Below, in pieces: positions 30,686 through 39,980 of a stretch of DNA of 53,841 bases. Under the pieces are notes generated by a model. It saw only the letters and a program-made list of their open reading frames with translations. It did no database searches and was not told where the DNA came from. The position numbers were made by a program, and so were the translations under genes. The stretch is taken from assembly GCA_007124745.1 (NCBI GenBank), contig SLEO01000169.1, forward strand, positions 1 through 53,841, in the 5' to 3' direction. How positions within the stretch are numbered: position 1 is the first letter of the stretch; every line of letters begins with the position of its first letter. The stretch comes from Myxococcales bacterium. Lineage in GTDB: Bacteria > Myxococcota_A > Polyangia > Polyangiales > SLQV01.

Positions 30686-31642
30686 CTAGAGACTCGCGCT
30701 TAGCCGCGACAGGCGCTCGCTGGCCGCCGACACATAGTGGGGAGGACTTTGGCCCTTGTACTTAAGGAAGGCCTCAAGTGCGGTGATCGCCTCCTGACCT
30801 CGCTCCATATCGGCCAAAAGCCAGCCTTTAGAGAAAAGCGCATTCGCCATCGTGGGCACCAACTCCAGAGCCTGATCGTAGGCGGCGAGGGCCTGGCCGT
30901 TCTGATGTCCGTCCCGGTAGACGTTACCCTTCAAATAGTGAAGGGTCGCCGCCTCCTCGGAACCGGCGACCGCCGCCGCCAGGCCACTATCGTAAACCCG
31001 CAGCGCATGGTCAGAGAATCCAAAGGCGTGGTACTTTTGACCGAGCAATAAAAAAGCCGGAAGGAAGCGTTTGCCCGTTTTGGCAGCCTGCGTGAGCGCC
31101 TCAAGCGCGTCCTGATCCTTACCAACCTCGGTGAAGGCCTGCGCAAGCTTGTAGTGCGCCCGAGGCTGCTGTGCGTCTAGCGTTAGCGCGCGCTGGAACA
31201 CAGGTATTGCGGCCTCGAACCGTCCGAGTTCCAGCAGTACGGTGCCTAGCTTCTCGTGCACCCGCGGGTCGTCCCCTTGGGCTTGCGCACCTTCCTCGAG
31301 CGCGGCTTTGGCCGCTTCAAGATTGCCCATCTCCAAATGCACCTGAGCGAGGTTGAAGAGGGCGTCGAAGTTGCGCGGGTCTTTGGCCTTGGCTTCGCTC
31401 AGCTTTTCAATGGCCTCAGGGAAGTTCTTGCGCCGCGCGAGTGCAACACCCTCATTCATGACGGTCATCGACTCGACGCGCGCCCGCGAGCACCTACTGT
31501 GCAAGGGCACAAGCGCAACCACCGTACCTACGAGCACGACCCTTCGGGCACCGTCCAGGACGAGACGCGCTGTACGCAGCGCAGACCGAGCGCAGGGTCC
31601 GGGGCGGACGCACCCGGACGTGAAACCCCTAAAGTGCAGCAT
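30686..31642 (-). CDS. TPR-repeat protein (possibly membrane-anchored or secreted)
   Basis: TPR units are visible (GVALARRKNFPEAIEKLSEAKAKDPRNFDALFNLAQVHLEMGNLEAA...). The track ORF reaches 31702 but its first codons lie inside the palindromic repeat at 31683-31732, so the start is moved to M21. M79 (31468) is also possible. There is a hydrophobic stretch, RRVVLVGTVVALVPL. Confidence 0.72.
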   Translation of the reverse strand: MLHFRGFTSGCVRPGPCARSALRTARLVLDGARRVVLVGTVVALVPLHSRCSRARVESMTVMNEGVALARRKNFPEAIEKLSEAKAKDPRNFDALFNLAQVHLEMGNLEAAKAALEEGAQAQGDDPRVHEKLGTVLLELGRFEAAIPVFQRALTLDAQQPRAHYKLAQAFTEVGKDQDALEALTQAAKTGKRFLPAFLLLGQKYHAFGFSDHALRVYDSGLAAAVAGSEEAATLHYLKGNVYRDGHQNGQALAAYDQALELVPTMANALFSKGWLLADMERGQEAITALEAFLKYKGQSPPHYVSAASERLSRLSASL

Positions 31643-31682
31643 TACTGGTTCAAAGTACCGCACATCACTACCGAGACTCAAC

Positions 31683-31732
31683 AGTAACCGTTCGGAGGGC
31701 ATTTTCGCAAAATGCCCCCCTGAACGGTTGCC
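31683..31732. repeat. Minimal family-1 palindrome (TIRs plus hairpin only); terminator-like position after the acyl-CoA dehydrogenase gene
   Basis: GTAACCGTTCGGAGGGCATTTT-CGC-AAAATGCCCCCCTGAACGGTTGC forms a long imperfect hairpin with arms of about 20 nt, lying 7 nt beyond (in transcript sense) the stop at 31739. Confidence 0.7.
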
Positions 31733-31738
31733 AGTCGG

Positions 31739-32899
31739 CTAGCTCGCGTTGGTCGCCGCTGCTTCCTTCAGTACCTGCCCAGCAATGACTAGGCGCATGA
31801 TCTCACTCGTCCCCTCGTAGATTTCGGTAATCCGAGCATCTCGGTAATGGCGCTCTGCCGGGTACTCGGCTGAATAGCCATAGCCCCCAAAGACTTGCAA
31901 CGCGCGATGCGTGACGCGCGTCGCCATTTCCGACGCGAAAAGCTTGGCCTGAGCGGCCTCCCGCGTGAAACGCCCTCCGCGAGCCTTCGCGGCGGCCGCT
32001 TGAGCTACCAGCAGCCGCGCCGCTCGCAACTCCGTCGCCATATCCGCAAACATGAACTGAATCGCCTGCTTATCTTTGATGAGGCTACCGAAAGCCTGGC
32101 GCTCATGGCTGTAGGCGAAGGCGGCATCGAACGCAGCTTGAGCAATGCCAATAGCTTGCGCTGCGATGCCGATGCGGCCGGAATCCAGGGTGGCCATCGC
32201 AATCTTGAAACCTTGGCCCTCCGCGCCGAGAAGTGCTTCCGGGCCAAGCAAGACTTCGTCAAACGAAACGGTGCAGCTATGGGCGGCGTGAATACCGAGC
32301 TTTTCATCGTGTCGGTCGCGACTCACGCCCCCCGCACTCAACGGCACCAAAAACGCGCTCACACCCTGCGCACCGAGCTCCTTCTGCGTCGCTGCGAGCA
32401 ACACCATGACGTCCGCGTGCGGCCCGTTGGTAATCCAGTTCTTCGAGCCAGATACACGCCAGCCACGACCGTCGCGTTCGGCGAAGGTGTCCATGTGCGC
32501 AGCGTCGGAACCCGAGGAAGGTTCGGTCAGCCCGAAACACCCGAGACGTTGACCCTCCACAAGCGGCGGCAGCCAGGCGCGCTTTTGCTCAGGGGTACCG
32601 AACTTGGCAATGGGCTCACATACCAGCGAGTTATTGACGGAGACAATCACGGCCGTCGACGCACATCCCGTCGCCAAGGCCTCGATCACAAGCGCGTACG
32701 TTAGCGGATCGAATCCTGCGCCTCCATCAGCCTCCGGCACCGTCATGCCCATGAAGCCAAGCTCCGCCAATCCAGCGAGCTGTGCCTTTGGCCACGTAGC
32801 GTCCCTGTCCAGGGTAGCCGCCACCGGCTTCAGTCGCTCCGCCGCGAAGGCACGTGCCATCCCAAGGGCCAACGCCTGTTCTTCGGTCAACACATCCAT
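31739..32899 (-). CDS. Acyl-CoA dehydrogenase (short/branched-chain, butyryl/isovaleryl-CoA dehydrogenase-like)
   Basis: 386 aa. Motifs include GCFGLTEPSSGSDA, WITNGP, YGYSAEYPAERHYRDARITEIYEGTSEI (catalytic Glu context) and an FAD-binding pattern. Confidence 0.93.
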   Translation of the reverse strand: MDVLTEEQALALGMARAFAAERLKPVAATLDRDATWPKAQLAGLAELGFMGMTVPEADGGAGFDPLTYALVIEALATGCASTAVIVSVNNSLVCEPIAKFGTPEQKRAWLPPLVEGQRLGCFGLTEPSSGSDAAHMDTFAERDGRGWRVSGSKNWITNGPHADVMVLLAATQKELGAQGVSAFLVPLSAGGVSRDRHDEKLGIHAAHSCTVSFDEVLLGPEALLGAEGQGFKIAMATLDSGRIGIAAQAIGIAQAAFDAAFAYSHERQAFGSLIKDKQAIQFMFADMATELRAARLLVAQAAAAKARGGRFTREAAQAKLFASEMATRVTHRALQVFGGYGYSAEYPAERHYRDARITEIYEGTSEIMRLVIAGQVLKEAAATNAS

Positions 32900-32973
32900 A
32901 GTTACAGACTAGCGTCACGCGTCCCAACCAAGCAATGTTCACCGGCCTGCTGCCTGCCGGGGCCCGAGCGTCG

Positions 32974-35900
32974 TTAGAGCAGCGCCGCTTGCGCGCGTTC
33001 AGCGTAGCTGCCTGCGGGTGCCAGATCGAGATAGCGGCGAAAATGTTCGCGGGCGCCCTTCTCCCCTGCCGCAACCAAGGCCTCTGCCAAGAAAAAATGC
33101 GCCTGAGGCACCATCAACGGGTGTTCAATCGACTGCTTTAACGCCACTAGCGCGTCTTCGAGCCGAACCCTGCCGCCAGCGGATTCGATGCCCTCCGTCC
33201 GCGCTAGCGCGAGCTGCGCCTTGCCCCGCACGAGCGCTCCTAGCGCTGTTATGAAGGTCCCCGTAGGGCCCGCGGGGGCGTCCCCGAGTTGGGTGAGCAG
33301 GTCGATTGCCTTTGCATGCGCTCCCGCGCGGTGGTTGATCTCGCCCTCTGCGACCAAGCTGCCGAGTTGCGCGAGGGAGCGCCGGCGCGTCACGTCCCCT
33401 TGGACGTCGTCGCCTTCGCCAGCCTCTCCCGCCGCCGGAGGTGCCCCCGTGTCTCCGGCGTCTGCAGGATTGACCTCACCGCCGTCCAACGGCCGGTCGG
33501 GAGTTTTGGCCGCAGGTCCAGCGCCCTCCTTCGCTGCCGTTCCAAGCCACTTCGGGCGCTGGCGCAGCCAAGACTCAACCTGACTTGCGTTTCCTTCAAG
33601 GGCCTCGGTCATCACCGCCAAGGCAAGCGCCTGGTCCCGCAAAAGCAGTGGCACACTCAGCGCGGAATCGAGTGCCGCCGCGTCTCGCTCGCTGACGCCT
33701 ACCCGCAGGACCGGAAGTGATGCGAGCGCGCCGATCCATGGAAGTGGACGCACCTTTCGTGTGCCCAACTCCCGAAGAACAGCGGTCGTCGCAGCATCTG
33801 GAGCTGAGGGGTCGCCGAGCGTGCCAACGGCCTTGAGCCACCTACGCATCATGCCGAGGTCTGCGTCTCCGCCCTCGGCCTCACTCGACTCCGTACCGGG
33901 ATTCGCTACTTCTCGGCCCCAGAGCTGGCCGGCTAAAAGCGCATCAAGAGCCGCCCAGAGGCGAAGGCGCAGCCCCGGAAGGACCTCAGCCTCCGGAAGC
34001 AACTCGACCGTCCGCCGCCAGGCGGAGTGCAACACTTCGGAGTCACCGCACCCGCGCGCAAGCTGAGCTATCCAGAACGAGCGCTCAAACGCCGGCATGC
34101 TTTGGGCACTCGCCGCACCGCTCACCAAAAGACCCAGCAAGTCGGCGCAGGATTGCTCGGGTTCAGCACCGGCTTGAAAAGCGACCAGGCGCTGCCAGAT
34201 GGCGGACCTGTCGTCGCCGTCGATGGTCGAGGCGGATCCAGCCGTCCTGGCGGCAACGCTAGGTGGGGCAGCCTCCTCATCTTCCTTTGCCGGTGGCATC
34301 AGCAGCGCTGCAAAGGTGTCCGCCAACTCAACCGAAGGGTTCGCCTCGCGCCACGCTCCGGAGACACCACCGCTGAGCCAAGCCAGTCGGGCGGCCAGCG
34401 GACCGGCGCGCTCCGGGCCCATATGCTCGATCAGCGCGTGAGACACCTCAAGGTCACCCGCCGCAAGCAGCGTATCGACCGCTGCGATGCGCCATGGCTC
34501 GGGGAGCGCTCCCAAGAACTCCGCGGAGTTTCGCGCGAAGGCGCTGCGGTCCGCCGCATTCAGCCAGCGAAGCGGCGCGAGCGCCGCCCAGGGCCTCGAT
34601 GGCCATTCCGTCTTGAGTTTCATCGCTGCCTGCAATGCCGGCTCCCCGGCCGCTGCAGCGCGCATCGCCTCTACCTGTGCCCAGAATCCGAACGTTTGCA
34701 CCTGGGGCGCTCGCGCCTTTCCCCAGCACAGACGGAGCAGGGACTGCCACTCACCGTCGGGTTTTGTGAACGCCAGGCTTGCTGACGAAGGCAGGGCACG
34801 CTCCCTACAGCTCGCGCTGGTGCGCCATGCGCTCGTCGCCCCGAGAAGGGCGAGCAAATCGCCCGCACGCTCGGCGGCGTAGCTGTCTTCCCAAGCCAGG
34901 TTCGCTACCTCAAAGCGCAGTCGCGCCTGCAACAGCTGGGACAAGGCCGCCGCCTCCGGGATGCGGCCACCGAGCAACGCAAGGGCCTGGTCGCCTCGTC
35001 CATGTGCCCAATGAACCTGCGCTTCCACCAGCGCTGAGAAGTACTCAGGCACCGGGTTACGGAGCCCAATGTCTGCCATCTTGCTTGCTAAACGCGTCGC
35101 CGACTGGCGAAGATCAGCCTCAGAAGTCGCCTCGAATACTTCCAGCGCTTCTCGCTCCAAGTGCACCACGTGGAGGCCCGGCACATGCGCGAGTAGACCC
35201 TCCGGCAGCGCGACACCCAGCGGTGGGTCGGAGAGGCGCGCAGGCTCGCGCAGTACGGACGAGGCATATCCTTCAAGTTTCCACGCCAACGCCCTGGACA
35301 GCAGCATGACGACCAGGGCCATTAGCAGCAGCGCCAACACGCTACCGAGCACGAGCCCTCGCCACCGCCTCGAAGACTCACGCTGAGGCTTCGCCTCCAT
35401 GTCGGCCCAAGAATCTGCCTCGGGATCGCTGGAGACCGGCTGCCGCGTGACCGTCTGCAGCATGCCTGAGTCCAACGTCAGGGGCGCAGCCGGATCGCCG
35501 CTTGGAAACGACAAGCCGCTGTCATCGATGTCTAGATTTAGGTCGAGATGTGCGGTCGCTGGTGCGGCTGCTGTCTCGATTCCTTTGGCTTCAACGTGCA
35601 CCGCGGGTGGCGGTGCGCTCGTCGATATCCTTCGTCGCGACGCGGTCGCCACGATGGCGGGTGGCGCGTCCGACGTGCTTAACTCGAGCTCGATAGCATC
35701 GAAGTGCCCCGATTCATCTCCGGGGGTCGCGCCATCCTTCGGGGGAATCGGCCGAATCTCACCGACGGCGGTATCCGGATCTTGGGGAAAACCTGCATCC
35801 AAGTCGTTCGGCGCGTCCCCAAAGAGATCATCCTTGAGAAACAAACTGGTTGAAGCACCGTCGTCGTCCGATTCGTCAGCGTCCGATTTATCAGAGTCCG

Positions 35901-36834
35901 CGGGCAGATGGCCCAGGTTCGATGACTCTTGGTCCGCGATGGCCCGAACCGAAGCGCCGACAATCGCAGATTCAGCGCGTTCGGGCTCAGGCTCCACCGA
36001 GGCTGCATGCTCGACAGACCGAGGCGCTTGCGAACCTTGAAGCCATGCCTCATCGACAAACATCGCGCTGATCGCGGTTTGACTCGCGGCATCCGCCGAC
36101 TCGAGCGCCACAGACTCAAGCGCGGCCGCGCCGGCCTTAGCCTCGTCACCCGACACCCGAGGGGCATCTGTCAGCGCGTCCGACACCATCCTCCCACCGG
36201 ACCGTCGAGGCACTTCAGCCTCAGCGGGTGTCGAGCGCACCCGCCCAGCCCGCAAACTTGGTGGGGGAACAGGCAGCGGCTTGCGCCTGGGCGTGCTCGG
36301 CAGTGGAAAAGGGAGCTTAGGGGATTCACGAGCGCGGGTTGGAGGCTCTTGCTCAAAAGCATCAGCCGGCGGCGCGGGTTGCGCCTGAGACTGAGGCGCC
36401 ATGCTCGGGTCCGACGGCCGGAACGGCGCACGGCTTAACCGCGGCTGCAGCTTGCGTAGCTTGGCTTCCAGCGCGCGGTCGGGAGGGGCCAGCGCGGACG
36501 CCTTTTGAAGCGCTAACCTGGCGCGCGTCGCATCGCCGCGCGCCACGAGCACTTCAGCGAGCGCTGCGTACACCTCCGCCTGTTTGCGGTCGCACGCCAG
36601 CGCGCGTTGGAAAAAAGCCTGCGCGTGCTTGAGTTCTTTACGTGCGAGCCAGATGTGTCCCGCAACGCTGAGTAGCGCCGGGTGCTCGCCAAAGCGTGCG
36701 AGCGCGTCTTCCGCGACTTCAAGCGCATCGTTCTCACGACCCGCACCGAAGAGCCCAGGTGCCAGCGCGAGCGCCGCATCCAAGGTGGGCCCATTGCGGT
36801 AACGCAGCAGTGCAATGTTGAGGTCCGCGTCCAT
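32974..36834 (-). CDS. Large bitopic protein: N-terminal TPR, a Pro/acidic low-complexity linker of about 360 aa, one TM helix, and a helical C-terminal domain of about 770 aa ending in TPR
   Basis: The track ORF 32974..37029 starts at a TTG. I trimmed it to MDADLNIALL... (ATG at 36834) and the start is uncertain. The TM helix WRGLVLGSVLALLLMALVVMLLSRALAW is encoded at about 35284-35361. There are no enzyme motifs. Confidence 0.7.
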   Translation of the reverse strand: MDADLNIALLRYRNGPTLDAALALAPGLFGAGRENDALEVAEDALARFGEHPALLSVAGHIWLARKELKHAQAFFQRALACDRKQAEVYAALAEVLVARGDATRARLALQKASALAPPDRALEAKLRKLQPRLSRAPFRPSDPSMAPQSQAQPAPPADAFEQEPPTRARESPKLPFPLPSTPRRKPLPVPPPSLRAGRVRSTPAEAEVPRRSGGRMVSDALTDAPRVSGDEAKAGAAALESVALESADAASQTAISAMFVDEAWLQGSQAPRSVEHAASVEPEPERAESAIVGASVRAIADQESSNLGHLPADSDKSDADESDDDGASTSLFLKDDLFGDAPNDLDAGFPQDPDTAVGEIRPIPPKDGATPGDESGHFDAIELELSTSDAPPAIVATASRRRISTSAPPPAVHVEAKGIETAAAPATAHLDLNLDIDDSGLSFPSGDPAAPLTLDSGMLQTVTRQPVSSDPEADSWADMEAKPQRESSRRWRGLVLGSVLALLLMALVVMLLSRALAWKLEGYASSVLREPARLSDPPLGVALPEGLLAHVPGLHVVHLEREALEVFEATSEADLRQSATRLASKMADIGLRNPVPEYFSALVEAQVHWAHGRGDQALALLGGRIPEAAALSQLLQARLRFEVANLAWEDSYAAERAGDLLALLGATSAWRTSASCRERALPSSASLAFTKPDGEWQSLLRLCWGKARAPQVQTFGFWAQVEAMRAAAAGEPALQAAMKLKTEWPSRPWAALAPLRWLNAADRSAFARNSAEFLGALPEPWRIAAVDTLLAAGDLEVSHALIEHMGPERAGPLAARLAWLSGGVSGAWREANPSVELADTFAALLMPPAKEDEEAAPPSVAARTAGSASTIDGDDRSAIWQRLVAFQAGAEPEQSCADLLGLLVSGAASAQSMPAFERSFWIAQLARGCGDSEVLHSAWRRTVELLPEAEVLPGLRLRLWAALDALLAGQLWGREVANPGTESSEAEGGDADLGMMRRWLKAVGTLGDPSAPDAATTAVLRELGTRKVRPLPWIGALASLPVLRVGVSERDAAALDSALSVPLLLRDQALALAVMTEALEGNASQVESWLRQRPKWLGTAAKEGAGPAAKTPDRPLDGGEVNPADAGDTGAPPAAGEAGEGDDVQGDVTRRRSLAQLGSLVAEGEINHRAGAHAKAIDLLTQLGDAPAGPTGTFITALGALVRGKAQLALARTEGIESAGGRVRLEDALVALKQSIEHPLMVPQAHFFLAEALVAAGEKGAREHFRRYLDLAPAGSYAERAQAALL

Positions 36835-37038
36835 CAAGAAGTCATCACTCTCGGCCGAATTAAAAGCGCTGACAGCGCTTCCCAGGGTGAGCCCGGCGCC
36901 GAACACGCAGTCGCGCTCCGAGCATAACGCAGAGAACCGCCGAAACTCTAGCTTGTATCCGCCGCTACGCTGTGGAGACGCGCGCAGGGCCGAGTCCCTA
37001 CTCCCCCACTGACCGCGGACGGGAGGCAAGCCTGCCTT

Positions 37039-38631
37039 CTAGTCGGTAATCGTGAACTCGACTCTGCGGTTTAATGCCTGGCCGTCGACGGTCTCGTTCG
37101 AGGCAACAGGCTTGATGGGACCGTAACCGACGTAGGAAAGCCGGTTGCGGGGCACACCTTTCAGGACGAGGTACTCCACCACCGCGCGGGATCGCCTGTA
37201 GGAGAGATCCTTGTTGTACTCGGGGTCGCCGATATTGTCCGTGTAACCCTCGATACGTACCTTGCGCTTACCGGGGAGGCGAAGAATCACCGCGGCGACT
37301 TGGTCGAGAAGTGGTTTGCTCACCGAACGAATCGTGTCGCGATCGAAATCGAAGTAGATGCGCTCAGAAATCAAGATCTTCGAGTCGCTCACGGTCACCG
37401 TTGCCCGGTTAGGACCGGGCTCGGGGCAACCATCCTCGTCCTCGTAGCCGTCAATGTCCTCGGGCTCCATCGGGCAGGCATCGAATTTGTCCGGAATGCC
37501 ATCCTGGTCATTGTCGAGATCCGGACACCCGTCCTCATCCTCGAAGCCGTCCCAGTCCTCTGCCTCGTTGGGGCACTCGTCCCGCGCGTCGGGGATCCCA
37601 TCGGCGTCGTTGTCGAGGTCCGGACACCCATCCGCATCTTGGAAGCCGTCGAAATCCTCGGCGTCGTTCGGGCATTCATCGTCAACGTCGAGAATGCCAT
37701 CACCGTCGTTGTCCGGGTCCGCACAGTAGTCACTGTCCTGAAAGCCATCAAAATCTTCCGGGCCCTCAGCGCATACCTCGGTGGTCGTCCGGTAGCGCAG
37801 CATCACAAAGCCGCGCGCGAGCGGGGCCCCGTACCCCCGCAAAACGCCCGTACTCAACGAGCCCTCAATGCTCCACGCGCTCGACAGGCGATAACGCATC
37901 CCCAGCGCCGCTTCCATGGGCACCTCGTTGGCGGCGATCGACTCGCCCCCTACCCCGGCGCGCAACAATGTCTCGGCGGTAAGCGCGACACGCGGCGTCA
38001 GGGCGTAGGCACCACCGAGTTTGGCATCGATTTCATTGTTGTATTCAAAGGCAGGCAGTAACTCCTGCTGGCGCAGCCGGTAGCCGAGCTCGCCCGCGAG
38101 GGTGATGCGACCGATTTGCCAGGCCATCACGATCGACGGCAACACGGACCAGTAGCTTGAGCCCGCGAAGTCTCGAGTGCGGCCACCCGGAAAGTGCACA
38201 AGCATTTGCGCGGAAAGCGAAAAGTCACCGCGAATAATGGGCACCTTGAGGCCTAGGCGCGGATCGCCCAGTCGCAACTTGGTCGACGTTTCGATATCCT
38301 CCGCGAGCGGGTTGCTAGCCGACTCGAGCAACGCCACTGGCAGGCCCATCGCGAGTTCGAGATACTCAAAGAGACCGACGGCCGCCTGAAGCTCGAAGCT
38401 GCTCTGCCAGGGCACCACCGCACCGTTGTCTTCACCGCGCACGAACGTGCGTCCTGCCGCCTGAATCCCCAAGCCAAACGCGTAGGTGCCATGACGCAGG
38501 ACCTCCGGCCGGGCGATCGTCATCGTCGTGCCCTCGGTGAGCGTCGGCAGAAATATCTGTGTGTCGACGTTTGTTGTCTGCGCCCGTGCACTGGACGCGG
38601 CGAGTAGGCAAAGCGCAAGCGTCAGGGCCAT
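37039..38631 (-). CDS. OmpA-family outer-membrane protein with N-terminal beta-barrel-like domain and thrombospondin type-3 (Ca-binding) repeats
   Basis: The signal peptide is MALTLALCLLAASSARAQ. Three DxDxDGxxDxxDxCP-type repeats are present (CPDLDNDADGIPDARDECP...). The C-terminal OmpA/peptidoglycan-binding domain reads IEGYTDNIGDPEYNKDLSYRRSRAVVEYL...NRRVEFTI. Confidence 0.9.
   Translation of the reverse strand: MALTLALCLLAASSARAQTTNVDTQIFLPTLTEGTTMTIARPEVLRHGTYAFGLGIQAAGRTFVRGEDNGAVVPWQSSFELQAAVGLFEYLELAMGLPVALLESASNPLAEDIETSTKLRLGDPRLGLKVPIIRGDFSLSAQMLVHFPGGRTRDFAGSSYWSVLPSIVMAWQIGRITLAGELGYRLRQQELLPAFEYNNEIDAKLGGAYALTPRVALTAETLLRAGVGGESIAANEVPMEAALGMRYRLSSAWSIEGSLSTGVLRGYGAPLARGFVMLRYRTTTEVCAEGPEDFDGFQDSDYCADPDNDGDGILDVDDECPNDAEDFDGFQDADGCPDLDNDADGIPDARDECPNEAEDWDGFEDEDGCPDLDNDQDGIPDKFDACPMEPEDIDGYEDEDGCPEPGPNRATVTVSDSKILISERIYFDFDRDTIRSVSKPLLDQVAAVILRLPGKRKVRIEGYTDNIGDPEYNKDLSYRRSRAVVEYLVLKGVPRNRLSYVGYGPIKPVASNETVDGQALNRRVEFTITD
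37417..37773 (-). repeat. In-frame tandem coding repeats (about 108 nt / 36 aa units) encoding TSP3 Asp-rich motifs inside the OmpA gene
   Basis: The peptide units CPNDAEDFDGFQDADGCPDLDNDADGIPDARDE and CPNEAEDWDGFEDEDGCPDLDNDQDGIPDKFDA, plus a partial third unit, are read directly from the translation. Confidence 0.8.
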
Positions 38632-39118
38632 CGACGTGCGCCGGATAGCCAGACAGACGTTGCACCGAGTTGGGCGCACTAGGGCTTCATTCTCTCCTAC
38701 TCCCACTAGGGGATAAAACTACCACTGCGCGGGACTGCGAATAAAGTGGCAAACGTCCTGGCAAGGAAAGATCCGGCGAAAGCCGCACCTTGCTCTCCTC
38801 AAGACTCGGGCTTGGACAGAGCACTGGCGCATAGGACCGCGCTCATGTGATGAAGGCTGCGCCAAATCTGCTATCCTTCAGCGGCCAGACGCGAGGACCC
38901 CTGCCGTTCGTAGGGAGGGCATCTAAGTTAAGGCTGCGCTTCGATCCTCCCTGCTAGGGTTGGTCGCGTAGGGCTCGTTTGCGCTGACGCGTTTCTTTTC
39001 GAGGCGTCTCAGCACGACCGAGACCATGTCCGAGGGTGGCGCCAAGCGTGGTGACGTCCTCGGGGTGGCATGCCCGGGCAGGTGTCCCGGGGCGGTGTCC
39101 GCTGTGAAGAGAGCTTAG

Positions 39119-39829
39119 GTGAAAGGATCCATGAGAGTCGTCGCATGTTCTGGCTTCCCCGTCCCCGTCAGCCGTTACTGGAAAGAGTTTACGGCAGTTG
39201 AGGTCACCGAGACCGAGACGCGTTTACCCGGAGCAGGCACGGTAAGACGTTGGGTTCGGGAATCACCCGAAGGCTTTGTCTTCACCTTCCGCGCACCCGC
39301 CGCTTTCGCCCAAGCTGGCTTTCAGCTTGACGAAGAGCTCGGGTCCTTGCTTTCGGAGGTCTCCGCCCTCTCAGAGACGCTGCGTGCACGCGCGATTGTC
39401 TTCGCCGCGGGCGAGACGTTTAAGCACAATCGGCTGACGCGGTCCGCCGTCAGGCGCTTCATCGGCGCGCTGCCGGATGACTTCCCAACGCCCGTGCTGG
39501 ACTTTCCGAGCTGGTCGATGACCCAGAAGCTTGAAGTCACCGCAGATTCACGCGCAGCCGTGGCCTACGACCCTTTGAAAGACACGCGTCCGAAGTCACA
39601 GCCTCTCCATTACCTGACGCTGACGGGTCCCGCCGGCCATCGCTCACGCTACGACGACGGCTCCATCGACAAGATCTTTGAAAGCATTGCGTCCATCAAG
39701 CGTGGCGAGTTCATGTGTGTCTTCCGCAACATCGACATGCACGCCAATGCAAGCACGCTGTGGAAGCGCATCAAGACCATCGAGCCCGTCGAGAAGCCGC
39801 CAAAGAAAACCAGCAGTGCTTCCGCCTAG
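39119..39829 (+). CDS. DUF72 (YecE/UPF0759)-like protein
   Basis: 236 aa. The segment YWKEFTAVEVTETETRLPGAGTVRRWVRESPEGFVFTFRAP resembles the DUF72 N-terminal pattern (Y..f..vE.N.tFY..p....v..W...tP..F.F..K). GTG start at 39119, or ATG at 39131. Confidence 0.5.
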   Translation: MKGSMRVVACSGFPVPVSRYWKEFTAVEVTETETRLPGAGTVRRWVRESPEGFVFTFRAPAAFAQAGFQLDEELGSLLSEVSALSETLRARAIVFAAGETFKHNRLTRSAVRRFIGALPDDFPTPVLDFPSWSMTQKLEVTADSRAAVAYDPLKDTRPKSQPLHYLTLTGPAGHRSRYDDGSIDKIFESIASIKRGEFMCVFRNIDMHANASTLWKRIKTIEPVEKPPKKTSSASA

Positions 39830-39847
39830 GTGCCGACGCCTCACAAT

Positions 39848-39980
39848 CCTGAACCATCCCCTCAAAGCGCAGGTGGGCGGTGGGGCCCCGCGCGCAGCTT
39901 TAGGTTTTTGGGGGAGGGGGTTCGGGATTTACTCCCGAAAACCCGGGGGCATTTTGTAAAATGCCCCCTGAACGCTTACG
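39848..39980 (-). repeat. Composite: family-2 arm (39848-39880) abutting a truncated short-variant family-1 element (39881-39980, inverted)
   Basis: CCTGAACCATCCCCTCAAAGCGCAGGTGGGCGG matches 51903-51930. CTTTAGGTTTTTGGGGGAGGGGGTTCGGGATTTACTCCCGAAAACCCGGGGGCATTTTGTAAAATGCCCCCTGAACGCTTACG is the reverse complement of the 51991-52066 unit. Confidence 0.75.

Noticed and set aside
37417-37773. Tandem ~108-nt DNA repeats that might be a VNTR or mobile repeat
   Set aside because: They are in frame and encode the thrombospondin type-3 Ca-binding repeats of the OmpA-family protein, so this is an ordinary domain repeat.
38763-38776. AAGGAAAGATCCGG, superficially like the RNase P RNA GAGGAAAGUCCGGGC motif
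   Set aside because: It differs from the strongly conserved core. No ACAGAACCCGGCUUA-like or other RNase P conserved regions are present within the 412-nt spacer on either strand.
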